From the NCBI GenBank assembly GCA_964016885.1, contig OZ024751.1, positions 45,694,001 to 45,758,000 of the forward strand: a DNA stretch of 64,000 bases, written 5' to 3'. Positions 50,178 through 64,000 of the stretch are shown here, piece after piece; the stretch's first letter is position 1; the number at the start of each line of letters is the position of its first letter. The position numbers were made by a program, and so were the translations under genes. The notes below the pieces were generated by a model. That model did no database searches and was not told where the DNA came from. It saw only the letters and a list, made by a program, of their open reading frames with translations. The stretch is from Eledone cirrhosa (lineage: Eukaryota).

Positions 50178-50480
50178 CACTAGCTGTGATCTGCCTCTAG
50201 TGACTATGATAGAAGTCACATCACTAGTTGTGATCTGTCTCTAGTGACTATGATAGAAGTCACATCACTAGCTGTGATTTGTTTCTAGAGACTATGATAG
50301 AAGTCACATCACTAGCTGTGATCTGTCTCTAGTGACTATGATAGAAGTCACATCACTAGCTGTGATTTGTTTCTAGAGACTATGATAGAAGTCACATCAC
50401 TAGCTGTGATTTGTCTCTAGTGACTATGATAGAAGTCACATCACTAGCTGTGATTTGTTTCTAGAGACTATGATAGAAGT
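50178..50480. repeat. 44-bp minisatellite, ~7 copies, two alternating variants
   Basis: Unit cactagctgtgat(c/t)tgt(c/t)tctag(t/a)gactatgatagaagtcacat. Confidence 0.93.
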
Positions 50481-51806
50481 TTGTAACATCATTAGATGTC
50501 ACTGCAATGGGAAGTTGTAGTTGAAATATCAATGAAGTTATTGTTGTTGTTACATTAAACATGGCTGCTGCTCACACTGTTGTACCTTTCAAAAAGATAT
50601 GCTCATAATAATCCCTATTGCTGACTACTAAACTATTTTATTCTTTAGAGAAAACAGAAAACAAGGTGGACATGGATAACGTAATTGATGGTTTAAGTTC
50701 AAACCTGTACTATAAGTGACCAGACAGAGACGATATCTAGCCAAGCACATGCAACTACTTTTCTCACCAAGTGGAAAAAATTATTCAAGTTCAAACCTGT
50801 ACAATAGTGACTAGAGGGAGATAACATTTATCCAGCAGCATACATCTACTTTTCTCACCAATAGCCAATAAATAAATAGATAGATCATAAATGCATTACA
50901 GGTAATTAATATTATCTCTCTACCACTTATTGATTCCCCACATCATATCTCTCAGCCACTCAATGCTATGAAACCAAAGACAGCCACCATCAATCCTTCT
51001 TGAAAACAAAGAACTTAAAAAAGAACAAGGACATTTTTTTTGTATTTGTTGCATTAAAGAACTAAATATCTCATTCCCCCACCTCTCTTTCTATTGTCCT
51101 CACTTGGGACTTCTACATCTGATGTCTTCCAGGTCTCAAGCAACCTGAGACTATGAAACCCAGACGGAGAAACTGTTAGAGAGAGAATTCCACGTCATAA
51201 TTTAACTAAGTCTCCTTTCTTTGTGTCTCCATTATTGAAAACATATGACGCTCTGCATCCTGAGATCTGATCTCACCACTTCTTCCCATGACAAAGGAAG
51301 ACATGAAGAAGAAAGTAGTGAGATTGTATTTTAAGATGTTTGCTTCCAGAGAAGAAAGAGATTATACAGGTTTAATAGGAATGGAGTTGGTGCAGACCTA
51401 GCCAACCCATTCATGCCAACTTGGGCCAATGAGGAAATATCTACATGGTCACTTGACCTATCAGAAATAGCAGCAAAAGTTTCCTCAAACTACACTCGAT
51501 CCCTTTAAAAAGATACATTGGATAATATAGTACTGGATACATTATTTCTAAAAAAACAAACGAACATGGGCTCATTGTGCCTTGAATGCTTTTGTTTGAT
51601 CAGAGCTGACTTAGGGCTAAACAATAACTACACACTTTGATCATAGATGTATCTGTTGAATCAGGGCTGACCTGGAGCTAAACATCAACCACATACTTTA
51701 AACATAGGTCCAACACAGACACACTCACATACACATTATAAAACACTGTATTAATATATATACAAACCTATATACTCACATATATACATACAAAGACATA
51801 CATATG

Positions 51807-51849
<43 letters not shown>

Positions 51850-52116
51850 GTATATATACACACACACAAACATGTGTGTGTGATACAAAAACAAAAATGA
51901 AAGAAAATGTTTTAAATTACCCCAAATAAAAAAAAAAGGATCTACTTTATATATATATATATATATATATATACATACGTTCTTTTTTATAAATATGATT
52001 TTATGTTTGCTTTCACAAAATTCCTCATTCAAAACAGTTGGTTGGACTATATATATATATATTCACACACACACGTGTGTGTGTGTGTTTGTGTGTGTAT
52101 ATAAAAAATTCTAAAA

Positions 52117-52147
<31 letters not shown>

Positions 52148-52534
52148 AAGCTTGTTTTGTAAAAATTAAAAAAATAGTAAAAACCAAAACAACAACAACT
52201 ATAAACAAAACAATAAAAATGAAAGGAAACTTGATATGGCGCTATGTTAGTATCATTTATATTACCCCCTCTCCCCTCCCTCCTCCTGACTAAAAATATT
52301 TGATATTTTGCACATGTGTCCTGCTGCCTTGTGAAAATCTTTTTTTTTTATAAAAAAAAAAAGAAGAAAAATGAACACCCCCAACCCCCACAACTTCCCA
52401 CCCACCCACACTTACTCCACTACATCTCCCTTGTAAGATTAAATTTTGGTGGGAAGCCACTACTGCCCCCCCCCCACCCTTGCAGTCGATTAAATCTGTT
52501 CCCTCCACACCACCACAGTGCTACCACAGGAAGA

Positions 52535-53297
52535 TAAAACAAGGCAAAAGTTGACCCAGCAACTGTGGCAGGATTTGAACTCAGATACAAACTGCAGCAG
52601 TACACCACAAAATATTGAATTTACTACACTACCTATTCTGCCATTTAGGCATGCATAATAATAATAATAATGGTTTCTAATTTAGGCACAAGGCCAGCAA
52701 TTTTGAGGGAAAGTTGATTAAATCGACCTCAGTGCATGACTGGTACCTTAGGTGGAGGAAATACAAGCTGACTTCAGCAAGATTTCAACTCAGATCATTA
52801 CCTGTAGTTAAATACTGCAAAGTATTTTGTCTAGTGTTCCAATGATTCTGGTCACCCACCATTAATAATAATTGTTTCTACTTTAGGCACAAGGCCAGCA
52901 ATTACCCAGTGCATGACTGGTGCTTTATTTTATCGACCCCGTAAGGATGAAAGGCAAAGTTAACCTCGGCAGGATTTGAACTCAGACCATAAAGGGACGT
53001 AACTATGCTGGAAAGCATGGTGTCCGACCCTCTACCTATACTGCCAATCCCCTACCCACCAATAATAATAATTCTTTCTACGTTAGGCACAAGGCCAGCA
53101 ATTACCCAGTGTATTACTGGTACTTTATTTTATCGACCCCGTAAGGATGAAAGGCAAAGGTTTAGGTACAAGGCCAACAACTTTGGGGGTGGGGAAAGCC
53201 GATTAATTCATCCTCAGTGCATTAGTGGTACTTTATTTTATTGACCTTGTAAGAATGAAAGGCAAAGCTAATCTTGTTGGGATTTGAACTCAGAATG
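52535..53297 (-). mobile_element. Cluster of about 5 minus-strand SINE family A copies and fragments of different ages
   Basis: Repeated gtttcta-ttaggcacaaggccagcaatt...ccccgtaaggatgaaaggcaaagt...gatttgaactcaga. The best copy is 52868-53058. Confidence 0.8.
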
Positions 53298-53944
53298 TAA
53301 AATTAATAATCTTGTGTGTGTAATTATAAACAAGTGTGTGTATGTGTGTCCTCAGATTCAGGGAAGTAGCCAACGTTGCTTCAAATTTTTACCAATATTT
53401 GGTGCTTTGAGCAAAAATATTTTAAACTCAAAGCTGCTAAGTGGTGCCAATACAGTGACTACCAACATTTATAAATCTACTGCACTATGGAATTTTGATG
53501 TACGTGGCACGAATACAGCAACTGCCAACATCTCAAAGCTACTGAGCAACAATGTTTTGATGTGAGTGGCACCAACACAGCAACTGCCAACATATCAAAC
53601 CTACTTGTGCAACACCAATACTGCAAAGGTATGTTGTTTACAAATTATAGTTACCCAATAAATACTCTAGTAGTTATATCCCTGCTTTCATAAATGTTAA
53701 CCTTGTCCCATTAACCTATAAAGGACACATTTACTGGCCAGGAGTTCTTTTTCTTTTAATTGTTTCATTAGCAGTGAATTTATTATATGTGTGGTTGTGT
53801 GACAGCAACAGCTTGTTAAGGTGACACTGTGTTGGTCTACATTGGTGACAAGGTTGGCAGATTTAATTCCTGTCCTGTCATTTGTGAGCCCAGAGTCAAA
53901 ACAATTATCATTTGTAGATCCATTTCACTTGGCTAGATTTCATT

Positions 53945-54299
53945 ATATTCTACATGCATGTGCTATGTCAATGTGCATAAATGTGAGTGATGAAACAGGG
54001 ATGAACAGAGAAAAAAAACTGGGTATAAGAGAATCAAAAGTAGTGTGCATGGGAGATGACTGCACTGGTATGATCATGTGATGCATGTGGATGGTGATCG
54101 CTGGGTGAAAAAGTACTAAGAAATCCCAGTAGAAGGATGCTGCAGTAGAGGAAGACCAAGTAAGACTGAGGTGTAAGTAATGAGAGCTCATGGAGATGAC
54201 AAAAAAAGAAGCCATGATGATTGGAGGTATGCTCTGTTGAAAAAGACCTGACCAACTTATGCAAGCAGATGTAACATAGCAATGATGATGGTGATGATG
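53945..54299 (+). mobile_element. Degenerate RTE LINE 3' end
   Basis: Decayed motifs resembling RRLHWYDHV.HVDGDRWVKK and GRPSK, plus a tail ccaacttatgcaagc...atgatgatgg. Confidence 0.6.
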
Positions 54300-55966
54300 T
54301 CTTTTTAAAAATGGTAGGCTATAATCTAAGGGACATATAGCTGCTATTTCTACTAGTTTTAGCAACTACATTGAGGTTCTGCTGACAGAGCCGAGTGGAA
54401 GTAATAGCTTCAAATTATCAAAGTGACATCACACAGTTGTCTGCCCTTTCCTCTGATGTTATATTGTCACTAAGGAGGAGGGTGACCACATGTTTAGTGA
54501 CACACACACACATATATATACACACATATACTTGTTGAGTTAAGCATATGCATAAATGCGTACATACACATACATACATGCACACACGTTTATAGTTAGA
54601 CATACATATACACTCTTTCTTTCTCTCTGCTGGATTATATCAAAACAAAACAAATCTGGGGTGAGGAAAAGGCCTACTTAAAATAAATGATATCCCTCTC
54701 ACCATCATCTACCCCCATATTACATTGCTCTTCACCACACACACACACATATATATATATATAGCCCTCCCCTCACCATCCACACATATATATATACACA
54801 CACATACAGACATATATAAGTATACCTACTCCCTACCACCAACCACCACACACTCCCTATTTATTATCCAACAGTAGGACAGACAGGGTCATGGTAATTT
54901 CTGGAAATATGTCAACACCCCACCTCACATAATGCCAACACCACACCCAACACCATGACATACCTACTACATGCCCTGGCCCTAGGGTGGGGACAGCAAT
55001 CTAAAATTATAAAGGACCATCTTACCCCCTACTCTTCTCTAATCATTTTTTTTTTAAATGTCCTTTTATTCCTTCTGATAAATATTTACCCAACTGTTGG
55101 ATAGCAAAGGAGGAGAGGGGGAAAGTTCTGCCCTATATAAAAAGGACCTCTCCCACATGGTACCTTTATAAATAACATTTCAGAAGGAAATGTAGTGGTA
55201 GGAGGGGTTAACTACTCTAGCAATGGTGGTGGTGGTGGTGGTGGTTGGTGGCAGGAAGGGTTAGCTACCGTGTTGGTAGGAGAAAGAGAGATTGGTCATT
55301 TCACTGCTGAAGGGTTCGGATGTGGAGGGTCATATAGCAACATGTGGCAGCCCAGGGTACAGTGTCACACTTTACTGTCCACCCTTAATAACAGGATGGC
55401 CAACAGCTGTGGTAAAGCCAGGGTACCACATAGATCAACAGATATTGTTGACTAACAATCACAGGAGAGTCCTAGAAGATTCTGGGTAGACATAGTAAGT
55501 CCTTAGTTCACCTCCCCACTCTTAACTGAAGGACATCATATCTCAATAACTGTAGTTATTATGAGAGGAAACTGGCTGGAAGTTCTTTTAGCAGGTGGTG
55601 GTCATCAGGCATATGCAAAGTTGGTAATAGCCGACAGACTAGATTTAAAATATAGGCTCCCAAAACTGGCAACAGGCCCAAACCAGATGTGAAGCATAGC
55701 CCCTAAAGTTGATGACAGGTCCAAACCAGAAATGTAGGGTTTTGTTTCAAATTCTTATTAAGTATTTTAGTAATCTGTGTTAAATATATATGATTTATGT
55801 CTGGGTTACAGGTGCATATATATGTTTATATGTAGTGTATATGATGTATATGTGTGTATATACATGTAGTGTATATGATGTACTTAAATGTAACATGAAT
55901 TACAGGTATACATATATATATTCTAAATACATCATAAACACTACATCTCCATATATATATATATAT

Positions 55967-56020
55967 GGGAACGAGTAGGACCCCGACGGCTGAGCTCAAG
56001 CCGTTTCGACGGCTAATTCT
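55967..56020 (-). mobile_element. Single arm of the 5959-6150 family (3' half of a hammerhead), beside (TA)n
   Basis: Minus strand agaattagccgtc-GAAA-CGGCT-tgagctc-AGCCG-TC-ggggtcctactcgttccc. Confidence 0.7.
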
Positions 56021-56143
56021 GGACTAGAAGGTGTGAGAGTGATAGAGAGGAAGTAAGAAAGAGACATAAGAATTGACCCCAATACTGGATTGGTAATATT
56101 TTATTGAGTGTATATATATATATATATATATACATGGAGATGT

Positions 56144-56288
56144 CATCATACTCATCATTCGTCGACTACTGTCGAGATGATGGATCTCACTCTCATGCCC
56201 CAGAATTCCCTGTCCCCCATCGCTGCTCCCAGGTCCCGTCTACTGACTCCCGCCCCTAAGTATCAGAAACAGGACCCGGGAAAGCAGG
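56144..56288. mobile_element. Unclassified GC-richer 145-bp insertion with 8-bp TSD GGAGATGT
   Basis: ggagatgt at 56136-56143 and 56289-56296 flanks a segment of different composition. Confidence 0.5.
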
Positions 56289-56861
56289 GGAGATGTAGTG
56301 TATATGATGTATTTAGATATAACAGAACAGAATAAAAGAAGTAGAATTTGAGACAAGCAAGCCTTCTCTTGTCATGAGAATGTCAGTTAGAATGCTTCAT
56401 GGTATTTGTTGTGACTCTCTGCTCTCTGAGTTTAAATCCTGCTGAAGACAACTTTGCCTTTCATCCTTTCGAGGTCAATAAAATATTACCAATCCAGTAT
56501 TGGGGTCAATTCTTATGTCTCTTTCTTACTTCCTCTCTATCACTCTCACACCTTCTCTAGAAGAAATTGGTTATGTTCAGTCCTGGAGAGCAGATGGGCT
56601 CTGCTAAGTTTAAAATGGTCAAGACATGCTGTATATCATAACGGTACCACTACAACTTCATCAGGAATTACGAGGGGTCCAATACATGTACAAGCTCTTT
56701 CAACATCATAAGTTCTTTGCAACTGGGCTAGCTGCCAACCCTCATGTCTAGTCTGGTCTGGTGGTCATCTTCAACTGCAGCAGCAAAACAATAGTATTTA
56801 GGCCACAACTTCACCATGGTCACCATAATAATAAATGTAAAGAATAGACAGAAAGTACTAA

Positions 56862-56895
56862 ATATATATACATATATATATATAAATATATATAC

Positions 56896-56979
<84 letters not shown>

Positions 56980-56983
56980 ATAC

Positions 56984-57035
<52 letters not shown>

Positions 57036-57039
57036 ATAC

Positions 57040-57095
<56 letters not shown>

Positions 57096-57099
57096 ATAC

Positions 57100-57151
<52 letters not shown>

Positions 57152-57155
57152 ATAC

Positions 57156-57205
<50 letters not shown>

Positions 57206-57209
57206 ATAC

Positions 57210-57259
<50 letters not shown>

Positions 57260-57279
57260 ATATATATATTAAAGACATG

Positions 57280-57320
<41 letters not shown>
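56862..57320. repeat. Long (TA)n array periodically punctuated by catgtatatacg, followed by (GA)n
   Basis: Direct reading; the punctuating motif recurs about every 54-60 bp. Confidence 0.95.
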
Positions 57321-57321
<1 letters not shown>

Positions 57322-57692
57322 ACTTGGGGTGGCATGCAATTTTAGAAGAAATTTAATATAAATGGTGTGTTAGTGAAAAATGGTGTGGGGGTGGAGGGGG
57401 GTAGAGGATAGAGAGTGATGTGGGGTGTTAGTGAAGGGAGTGATGTGGGGTGTTAGTGAAGAGAGTGTGTAGAGGGAGTGATGTGGTGGTGTGTTGTGCG
57501 TAAAATACAAGATTGTCTCTTTAAAACAAGAGGAATAAGAAAATGACTAAGCAACAGATGTAAGGAAAAACCAGAAGACAAAAGAGGTGGGGTCGGGGAG
57601 GGGAAAGCAGCCAGGGTGTCATGTGTATGGGGGGGGGGGAATAGGGGCAGAAGTTAATATAATAGTTGGACTCTCACTCTCTGTATATGTAT

Positions 57693-57729
<37 letters not shown>

Positions 57730-57900
57730 GGGGAGAGGGGGAGGGATAGAGAGGGGGAGAGAGAGGGAGGGAGAGGGATAGAGAGGGGGAGGGAAAGAGA
57801 GGGGGGGGGGGATGGGGAAAGAGAGGGAGATATCACCATTTTTATGTTTGGTTTTCTTTTTCATGTTGGTACAATGTGTGCATGCGCACGCACGCACGCG

Positions 57901-57947
<47 letters not shown>

Positions 57948-58879
57948 GTATATATATATACAAACACACATATGCACACAAGTGTGTGTATATATATATA
58001 TGTGCACCAAATAATGACCTTTATAAAAACAAAAAATTCAATTTAACAAAAAAATTTCAATTTTGAAAGACAATTATATATAAAAAGAAAACAAAAGAAA
58101 TAATGAAATGAAACTTGGAAAAAAATGGAATTCTATATTTTTATCTTGAAATAAAATTAATGAAAAAGAAAAGTAAAACTGTAGAATAGTTTTTAAGATA
58201 AACTAGATTATCAGAGTGTCTGCATGTTGCTATCATCATCACCACTAGCACTACCATCACAACCACCACCACCACCACTACTATCATAACTATCACCACT
58301 ACCATCATCACCATCATCACTACCATCACTACCATTACCATCACCACTATCACTACAATCACCATCACCACTATCACTACCATCATCATTACCATCACCA
58401 CCACTATCATCACAACCATCACCACTATCATCACAACCATCACCACTATCATTACCATCACTACCACCACCACTATCATCACCACTATCACTACCATCAC
58501 CACCACCACCACTATCATCACAACCATCACCACTATCATCACAACCATCACCACTATCATTACCATCACTACCACCACCACTATCATCACCACTATCACT
58601 TCCATCACCACCACCACCACTATCATCACAACCATCACCTCCATCACAACTATCAACGCCATTTATCCTGGATACACTAAACACTATATACACCAAATAA
58701 AAACAACAACAACAAAACAGACATCATCATCATCATCATTAACACTACTATCACCATTATCACTCTTAATGCCATCATCCTCACCAACACTATCATTATC
58801 ACAAATATCTCCATTATCAGCCCAAACACCACCACAATTATTATCACCACCACCACCAAGGTGAGGAAGGCGGAAAGTC

Positions 58880-59545
58880 GACTAAATTAACCCCAGTGCA
58901 TTACTGGTATTTTACCTTATTGACCATGTAAAGACAAAAAGCAAAGTTAACCTCAGTGGGATTGGAGCTCAAAGTAATAATCAGAAAGAATGATTGCTTA
59001 TTTAGACACAAGGCCAGCAATTTTAAGGAGTGGAGAGGGGGGAAGGGGATTAAATGGAGCCCAGTATTTTCTCAACCCTCTGAAGGACGAAAAGCAAAGT
59101 TGACTTCGGTGGGATTTGAACTTGCTATGTAAAGACCTGAAACAAATGCTGCCAAATATTACTTTCTGATGTTCTAACGATTCTCCTAATCCACTTCCCT
59201 CCCATAATAATTGTTTCTACGTTAGGCACAAGGCCAGCAATTACCCAGTGCATTACTGGTACTTTATTTTATCGACCCCGTAAGGATGAAAGGCAAAGTC
59301 AACCTTGGCCCATAATAAAAAAAGGTTTCTTATATAGGCACAAAGCCAGCAATTTTGGGTGGCGCGAAAGTTGATTAAATCGACATCAGTGCGTGACTGG
59401 TACTTTATTTTATCGACTCCGTAAGGATAAAAGGCAAAGTTAACCTCGGTGGGATTTGAACTCAGACCTTAAAAGGCCGTAACTCTATGCTGCAAAGCAT
59501 GTTGTCCGACGCTCTACCGATACTGCCAATCCACCACCCGCCCTC
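58880..59545 (-). mobile_element. Cluster of minus-strand SINE family A copies
   Basis: Family A core in reverse at ~58890-58970, 59000-59200, 59209-59310 and 59325-59543. Confidence 0.8.
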
Positions 59546-61205
59546 CCATAATAATAATGATTTCTTTATTTCTTTATTTTATTTATTGTTTTTTTTATTA
59601 TTTATTTATTTATTTATTCTTTATTTTAATAATAATAATAATAATCTGGAAATGAAGATAGTGAAAGAAAGAAAATATTTGATAATTTTATTGTTTTCCA
59701 TTTATTTAATTTCTTTTGTGCTGTTGTTGTTGTTGGTGTGTATTTTATTGCATGTGAGTGTGTATATTGTTGTCTATGTGTGAGCATGTTACTGCCTATC
59801 TGTGAGTGTGTTAGTCAATATTCTTGACTATGTGTGTATGTGTGTGTGCGTGTGTGATTTAAGGAAGTAAACGAAACAAGAGAACAAAAAACGATTTCAT
59901 GTTTAGAAATAGCACCCCTCCCCACGACCTCTTACTCTCTGACCCCCCCCCCCCCCCACCAGTTCTCCCCATATTAGCCGAGGAAACATAAGTATGTTGA
60001 AACAGAAGTCAATGAGGATAAACATTCATATATACATACTTACTCATATATACATATATACACATATACATACATACACACATTTATATATACTTACATA
60101 TACATACATGTGAGTGCATGTATATATATATATACATACATATGTGTGTGTGTGTGTCAGCTACTCACATATAACAAAGACAATTATAAGAACTACAACA
60201 ACAATAATAATAGTTTAACAACAACAACAACCACAACAATAATAATAATTGTGATGTTATTGTTATGTAAAAACAACAATAAAGAATAAGCAAAGGGAGA
60301 TAATAAATAAATAAAAGAAAGTGAGAGAAAGTGTGAGAAGGATTATATGTGAAAGAGAGGGGGAAGATGTGAGAGAGAGAGAGAACATGTGCAGTAGAAG
60401 AAAGAGAGAGAGAGAACATGAACAAATGGTTTTAATTATGTGTTGGCTATAAAAGTATTAAATACCATCACTGCATGATGGTATTGATGGGGTGGTGGAG
60501 TGGGGAGACTGGGAAATAATAATAAGAAGAAGGAGAAGACAGAGGAGGTTGTTTTGTGTTGTCTAAAGTGGTAAGTTTAGACAGTGGTGTCTTTGAAAGT
60601 GGGTCCCAATAGAGATATTAGGGGTTTTTTAGGGGGGAAGGCCTGGGTTGTTTTGTTTTCGACTGAGATATGCCTCTGTCCTCAGTGGAGAACAACAGTA
60701 ACAACAGCAGCAGCAATAACAACAATATGCTATAGTTCTAGATTCACCATTGGAACAGGAGAGAGGAGATAAGCTGGAAGCCAGGAGGCGAAGATTGGCA
60801 GCATTTTAGCCACCACTGCTGACCCACCAGTAAGAAGGATGTTACAGTTGAGGGTTGAAATGTCCAATGAACATTGGACACCATCTGATGACATCAACAC
60901 CTCCTGGCCAAGACTATCTTTACTGAAGGTGAATGAATGTGAGGTATCTTGAAGATGTAATTATACCAAAGGACACATTAGATATGCTATCGTCCTAGTT
61001 TCAACATGGTTGTATCCTTTAAAAGTTCAGTGGGTTGTTGTCAGTGGGAGCAGGGCCACCATGCTGAATCTTGGACTATGGTAGAAATATAAAATATACT
61101 AATATTATAACATTTCTTTAAAATTATATAACTTCAATCTCAACCTTTATTTCTGAGTATATATAAATATATGTATACACATATGTATGTATGTGTGTGT
61201 GTTTG

Positions 61206-61259
<54 letters not shown>

Positions 61260-61882
61260 GTGATATATATAATAAATATATAACAGTGACATATGGTGGT
61301 GGTTGTGACAGGGTGTGATATCGTGTTAAACCTACTACTGTGTGTAAACATACAAACTTTAAGCTATTTCTATGAATAATACAATATTTCTGAGTGTGTG
61401 TGTATATATATGTACATACATACACACAATACAATTTCAACCTGACTAAATCTTTGTTACCCAGTGTGTGTGTCCGCACATACACATAACACAACTTGAC
61501 TAAATCTTTGTTACCAAGTGTGTGTGTCTGTATATACACACATACACACAACACAAGCTGACTAAATCTTTGTTATCCAGTGGTGTATTATTAGATTTAT
61601 GAACTAAATTACGACCAGATTATAACATGATACAGTAAGAAAAACAAAGTTATCAACACAAACATTTTCTGTGGTCGTCTTTCAAACCTTTCTTCCCCCA
61701 ACATATCCAGGATATATACCTGATATAGGTTCTGATTTGAGGGAGGTTTTGACTGCTATTCTAGTAGAGCAAGGCCAGCAACGTTGTAGGGGTTCCCTAT
61801 GTATGTTAACTTTTATTGATTTTTTTTACATTAACCCTTTTGTTACCATATTTTTAATGGAAGACACATACTATAATTTTAA

Positions 61883-62103
61883 CCCCTTTAGTATTTAAAC
61901 CGGCCATATCCAGTCAGAATTCTTTCACCTCTTTCTGTTCAAACTAGCCATAATCAGCTCCTTATACATATGTTAAGGTATTGTTCTCAAAATAAATAAT
62001 ATCAAAATCTCGTAGATCCGATATTATGTGAGATAATTATGTAAGATAAAGCCTTTACCATAAAATACGATAGTAAATATAGAGTAATGTAAATGCTAAA
62101 GAG
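61883..62103. mobile_element. piggyBac-like MITE, same family as 18376-18530
   Basis: ttaa|ccc(c)tttagtatttaaaccggcc ... gagtaatgtaaatgctaaagag|ttaa. Confidence 0.6.
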
Positions 62104-62864
62104 TTAAATCATTTCAAAACTAGTCAGGAATAAAAGTTCACAAACATATGTGTGTATAACAGCAATCAATATTATGTCAAAAACATGAAACAATGTCCAA
62201 GCCAAACAAAATAAGGAAACATGACCAGTAATAAACCAATAAAAATATAGAACCAGTGATAGGGACCATCCTGAGTGAAGTGAGGAAGTAAATTTAGTTT
62301 AACCCTTCTGACAGCCACAAACTCCTGGAATCAACTCTGGTTCTAGAATCATACAAAACTATTTGTTCTTAAATGACTACACTTATCTTAAAACCTTCCA
62401 TCAAAATTTTATATAAGAATTTTAAAGTTGTTTCAAACACCAACTTAATAATGATAAAATTATATTACTAATTCTCTCAAAATTTTCATTAATTTTCTAA
62501 ATTATTTGAAAATCATAGGCAACATCCTTCATTAGAAAAACGTTAAGGGAAAAGTTTTATATATATATATAAATATATATACCCACATACACACACTACA
62601 CTATATATTGAGTGCCCTGTCCTTCATTTGTTTAGCAAGAGTAATGTTTGAACACTCTGTATGTGTGAGTGTGTGTGTGTGCTTACACACATACACGCTC
62701 AGATATATGTGTACATAGACACAAACATGTGCATACATAATACATATATACAGAGTTCTTGACAGCTAAAGTGAATAGGTATCACTGCCACAACCAACAG
62801 CAACATGAAATTTAATTAATTTAAACAAAACATGAACACTAAGAAAATTATGTGTATATAACAA

Positions 62865-62901
<37 letters not shown>

Positions 62902-63611
62902 TGTATATACAAATATATATACATATGCATGCATACAGATATATATATATATATATATATACTGTGTGTGTGTGTGTGTATACACACACACACACACAGT
63001 ATATATGTATACACACACATCTGAAATGAACCTCCATTGATTACAACGATGAGTGTTCCAGTTGTTCAATCAACAAGACAATCTGCACATGAAATTAACG
63101 TCTAAGTGGCTGAGCATACAACAGATATAGATACCCATATCGTATTTCTCAGGGAGATTCAGCATGACATAGTGTGTGACAAGACTGTTCCTTTATATTA
63201 CAGATACAGTCAATCTGACAGGCTTTCAAACAGCTTCTGTCTACTCAGTTTTACTTACACATATATATATTCACACATACACACACACAAATATATACAT
63301 CCACACACATATATATACACGCATACACACACAATACATATATATGTGTATGTATGTATGTATGTATATGTGTGTGTGTGTCAATATAAATCGTTACATA
63401 TATGAAATAAGAGAAAACTATATAATAGTAAATAATTTATTATCTTTTTTTCTCTATTTTTTGAATAAGTTGAAAGTTTTAAATTCCATTAAAACAGCAC
63501 GGAGTGTAGAGGGGGGTGTATGTGTTAGAGGGAGTAGTGTTTATCTTAGGGGTGGTGGTGTATAGCAGGGGTTGTGTGTTAGGGAAGGTAACTGGTAATG
63601 TGAAGGTATGT

Positions 63612-63796
63612 TTGGATTGGCAGTATCGGTAGAGGGTCGAACGTCATGCTTTGACGCATAGAATTACGGCCCTTTCCATTCTGAGTTCAAATCCCGCCGA
63701 GGTTAACTTTGCCTTTCATCCTTACGGGGTCGATAAAATAAAGTACCAGTAATGTACTGGGTAATTGCTGGCCTTGTGCTAAAAGTAGAAACAATT
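63612..63796 (+). mobile_element. SINE family A, near full length
   Basis: ggattggcagtatcggtagagggtcg head, B-box, core and agtagaaacaatt end. Confidence 0.85.
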
Positions 63797-63802
63797 ATAT
63801 AT

Positions 63803-64000
63803 ATCATCATCATAATTACGTCCGTTTTTCCACGCTCGCAAGGGTTGGACATATCTTTTTCAGCACAGCAACTCTACTCAATGCATTCCTTTGTCCTCTC
63901 GTCTGTGAGTTTCAATGATTTGAGGTCAGCTTTCGCCACCTCTGCTTAGGTCTCACTTGGTCTACCTTTACTGTGGCTTCCTTCTGCTTCTTCACCCAGC
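63803..64000 (-). mobile_element. RTE LINE 3' end, continuing beyond the window
   Basis: (atc)n tail plus tacgtccgtttttccacgctcgcaagggttgg. The body resembles 45900-46090. Confidence 0.75.

Noticed and set aside
56728-57361. YI-repeat ORFs (also 26420-26914, 42083-42801 and many short ORFs)
   Set aside because: Translations of (TA)n/(CA)n microsatellites.

Overview
Eukaryotic, AT-rich, microsatellite-dense animal DNA. The SINE/RTE repertoire and the (TA)n/(CA)n/(GA)n load look like a coleoid cephalopod (octopus-like); this is an inference. Nearly all ORFs in the supplied track are simple-repeat artefacts. The only host gene I can support is the 5' part of a minus-strand sine oculis-binding protein (SOBP)-like gene: one recognisable exon at 10290-10089 and two in-frame candidate upstream micro-exons at 30282-30232 and 20345-20253, separated by ~10-kb introns. 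The rest is intronic or upstream DNA with two tRNA-derived SINE families, RTE-type LINE fragments, internally deleted Tc1/mariner elements, hAT- and piggyBac-like MITEs and several minisatellites. The most notable signal is a set of short non-coding fold-back elements sitting in or beside (TA)n tracts (4.7, 6.0, 31.5, 42.8, 43.1 and 56.0 kb; a degenerate non-fold-back relative at 13.6 kb). They share the layout 'inverted arm - arm - unpaired 3' tail'. Several carry type I hammerhead ribozyme cores in both arms, and the tails of unrelated families share a small ACTC...GAGT stem-loop. I read them as Penelope-like retroelement pseudo-LTR derivatives or non-autonomous ribozyme-bearing retroelements targeting TA microsatellites.
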